Shown one piece after another: positions 61,600 through 64,000 of a stretch of DNA of 64,000 bases; position 1 is the stretch's first letter; every line of letters begins with the position of its first letter. Under the pieces are notes generated by a model. The model was not told the DNA's origin and did no database searches. It worked only from the letters and a program-made list of their open reading frames with translations. Origin of the DNA: Raillietiella orientalis (taxonomy: Eukaryota); contig JAYWIR010000007.1 in the NCBI GenBank assembly GCA_036172245.1, positions 3,844,001 to 3,908,000 on the forward strand. The letters run 5' to 3'. The position numbers were made by a program, and so were the translations under genes.

Positions 61600-63900
61600 T
61601 TTGTTTCTTTGCAGCCATCTGTTTGTGGTACTCGTTTAGGTTGTTGAGGTCACAGGTTTCACTAGGGCCGAGCTGAGTAGGTACGAATCTGTGCCGCATG
61701 CCGCAGAGCATCTTCGAAATAAAATTCCTCGTTTAGCTGAGGTGGTAGATTGTCGGATCCACAGAGAGAGCATCGATCTGGATTCCAAGGAAGGGGCTAG
61801 CTCGTTAGTGCAAGGCGTCTTCTTTTGACGCGCTGACCATGCGATTCGTGCTGGGAATTGGTACGAGAACAAAAGCAATTGCGATAAACCATGTTCTCCA
61901 TCTCGTATCGTAAGTGGATTGAATCATCAGTGTCCGTGTTCCTAAATAGGGGATGCAGTTCTGGGGGTAACCGGGAACAGCAAAGTGGAACGTTCGGAAG
62001 TGCCTTTCATGCTCCTGTGCGCAGTCTCTGAGAGCCAAAGTTGAACTGCTCTTTGATTTCTGGATGATTAATAAAGCTGCAAAGCAAAAGTCGAAATTCC
62101 GATCCAACGAACTATTCAGCGGATCATGCACAGGAAGAAAATCGCCTATGTCTTCACCAAGCACAGCGTGAGAGTATTCTTCCCCTTTGCGGCATTTGGA
62201 ACACGAGATGGTGGAAGAAAGAGCGCGTCGTGATTCCTGCAATTTCGCAAAGAGTCCCAGTCGAACTCGGGTCGGACTCTTCGCCGGGATGCCAACTACG
62301 GTGATGCCCAAACCTACTGAACCCCATAACCTCACGTACCAGCGCAAACCGTTGATAGATGGGTGAACGATAGATTTCACTGCATCCATGTGCAGAAATC
62401 CAAGTGCATGCGGCTCGAGCGAACAACGTTGACGTCTTCGTTCCGATCGAACAGCCCTCGAAATGGAGGCAACGGAGATGGGAACCTCCTGTTTGTCTTT
62501 TGAATTTAGCGCAGGGAATACCGGAATGTTGAGGGGAGCTTCCTGCCTTGAACTCCGTCATGAATCCAAGGAGGCGCTGACCGTTGTGTGCAGCTTCATT
62601 AGCATCGGGCAAGTTTCTATTCGTTCAAGGCCCCTCTGACAAAACGAAGGGCGTCTCACGATTCTTTCAAGGAAGCTGCAGACTGTTCCCTGTAGAGTGC
62701 TTGTCGTTGCGCCAGAGGTTCGAAGACCTGTGCTAGAGGAGCCTTCATTTGAACTGCTCAGCTCCGACAACAGACATTTCTCTTGCAGAGGATAGAAGTG
62801 GTGGACGTTCACATAAGCAGGAAGTGCGCGTGTGCACACTTTGGGAAAGCATGGAGGAGAGAATTTTTAGTAAAGGGTCACGAAAATTTGCTGCTTTTCA
62901 CTGAAGGAAGAAAGGAGTTACGGACGGTAAAGTATTCTATATGAGAAATGCACGCCTCGTGCAAGAGTGCAAGGTACAGTATTGCAGCGAAGGAGATTCT
63001 TTGTTTTCAAGCTGAGGTGCAGATAGCTGAAACAAAATGGCATGTATGTCACTTTCAGTGTCATCCCCCCAAACTATCATATTTGAATGTGTCGAGGAGT
63101 GATGGGCGATGTATGAGATTTCCGATATGGTAAGGACACCAAAGATGCAATGCAGCGCAGCAAATTCTTACGACAGCTGTGTTCTGTGCATGGGAGCTGA
63201 ATTGCGTTTTTGTCCTTCGTTGTCTTTTTGCTTCATGTTTTTATTTTTTTTGGTGAGGTTTCCTTTGCACCACCTGCTCTTTTCTCATTTCATCATCTTC
63301 AGGTTTTCGAATGACTTCTTGATTTTCTCTTTGACAAGTTTTTCGCATCCAGTGAGCCCACTTCCGTAAGTACATTTCTGGTTTCCACTTATCTCCTTAG
63401 ATCTGCCGGCATTTTCAAGATTGGCTGCTGCATCTCGTCCGTTGTTTGCGCATTCGGACCACTGCAGTTATTTTTTATGCTCGAGCTTTCGATACCCCGG
63501 TATTGTGCAGACATTCCGTGGATGGCTGCATTTGTTGCAGCGTGCAGCTGGACATGCATCCACTCGATGTCTGCAGTTGCTGCCTACAAGACAAAAGTGG
63601 GGACTGCTTGCTATGCAGGACTTGAAAGTCGTGCGAGTAGGTCTCCCGTTGGTAGTGGCGTATAGTTTGATCTTGACAAGCGCTTCACCCGAGGTGTTTC
63701 CGAGCAAGTCTCCCGTTTGCTTCGATTTCCACGCAAACGGAGGTGCTCTCAGACGGTGTTTCGCTCCATCTCAGAGCTGAGGCCGAAAAAGTGGGCCGTC
63801 GTCGCATTTCCTTCATTCATTTTCTTCAACAAGCAACCGCTTAGGGAGATATCATCATCATTGACAGGACCATCGAGCATTCTATCCTATGATCACAGTC
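61600..63900 (-). mobile_element. Deleted L1-like element: ORF1 knuckles and ORF2 C-terminus
   Basis: FCLVGSNCRHRVDACPAARCNKC at about 63520-63595; QTGGSHL; SCSKCRKGEEYSHAV at about 62165-62205. Confidence 0.55.
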
Positions 63901-64000
63901 TGCGTAAATGGTGAGTTTACCTGCAAGAGGGAATATCGTTCCCCCATCCCCCTCAAATCCACATTTTCTTTATAATGGTATATATTTCTAGGTGGCGTGC

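Overview
Eukaryotic, probably invertebrate (arthropod-like SHOC2 and PDHX motifs) genomic DNA. AT-rich host genes with mostly 35-60 nt introns alternate with GC-rich nests of decayed retrotransposons. Host genes reconstructed by hand: ETFB (-, cut by the window edge), a TNF-receptor-like (TNFRSF19/EDA2R-type) membrane protein (+), SHOC2/sur-8 (-), endonuclease IV/APN1 (-), cytoplasmic TrpRS (-), SDHAF2 (+, absent from the ORF track) and, 174 bp downstream of it, a PDHX/E3BP-like gene with three lipoyl domains, an eroded E3-binding domain and no catalytic His. The GC-rich islands (about 3.3-9.4, 17.7-31.9, 39.9-41.6 and 53.2-63.9 kb) hold many frameshifted fragments of L1/Tx1-like LINEs and one heavily deleted Ty3/Gypsy element. 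Five LINE ends share a three-hairpin 3' module with compensatory base changes and a terminal motif in place of a poly(A) tail, and they abut other LINE pieces head-to-tail or tail-to-tail. Most ORFs in the supplied track within these islands are spurious or antisense. All assignments come from motif recognition; no searches were run.
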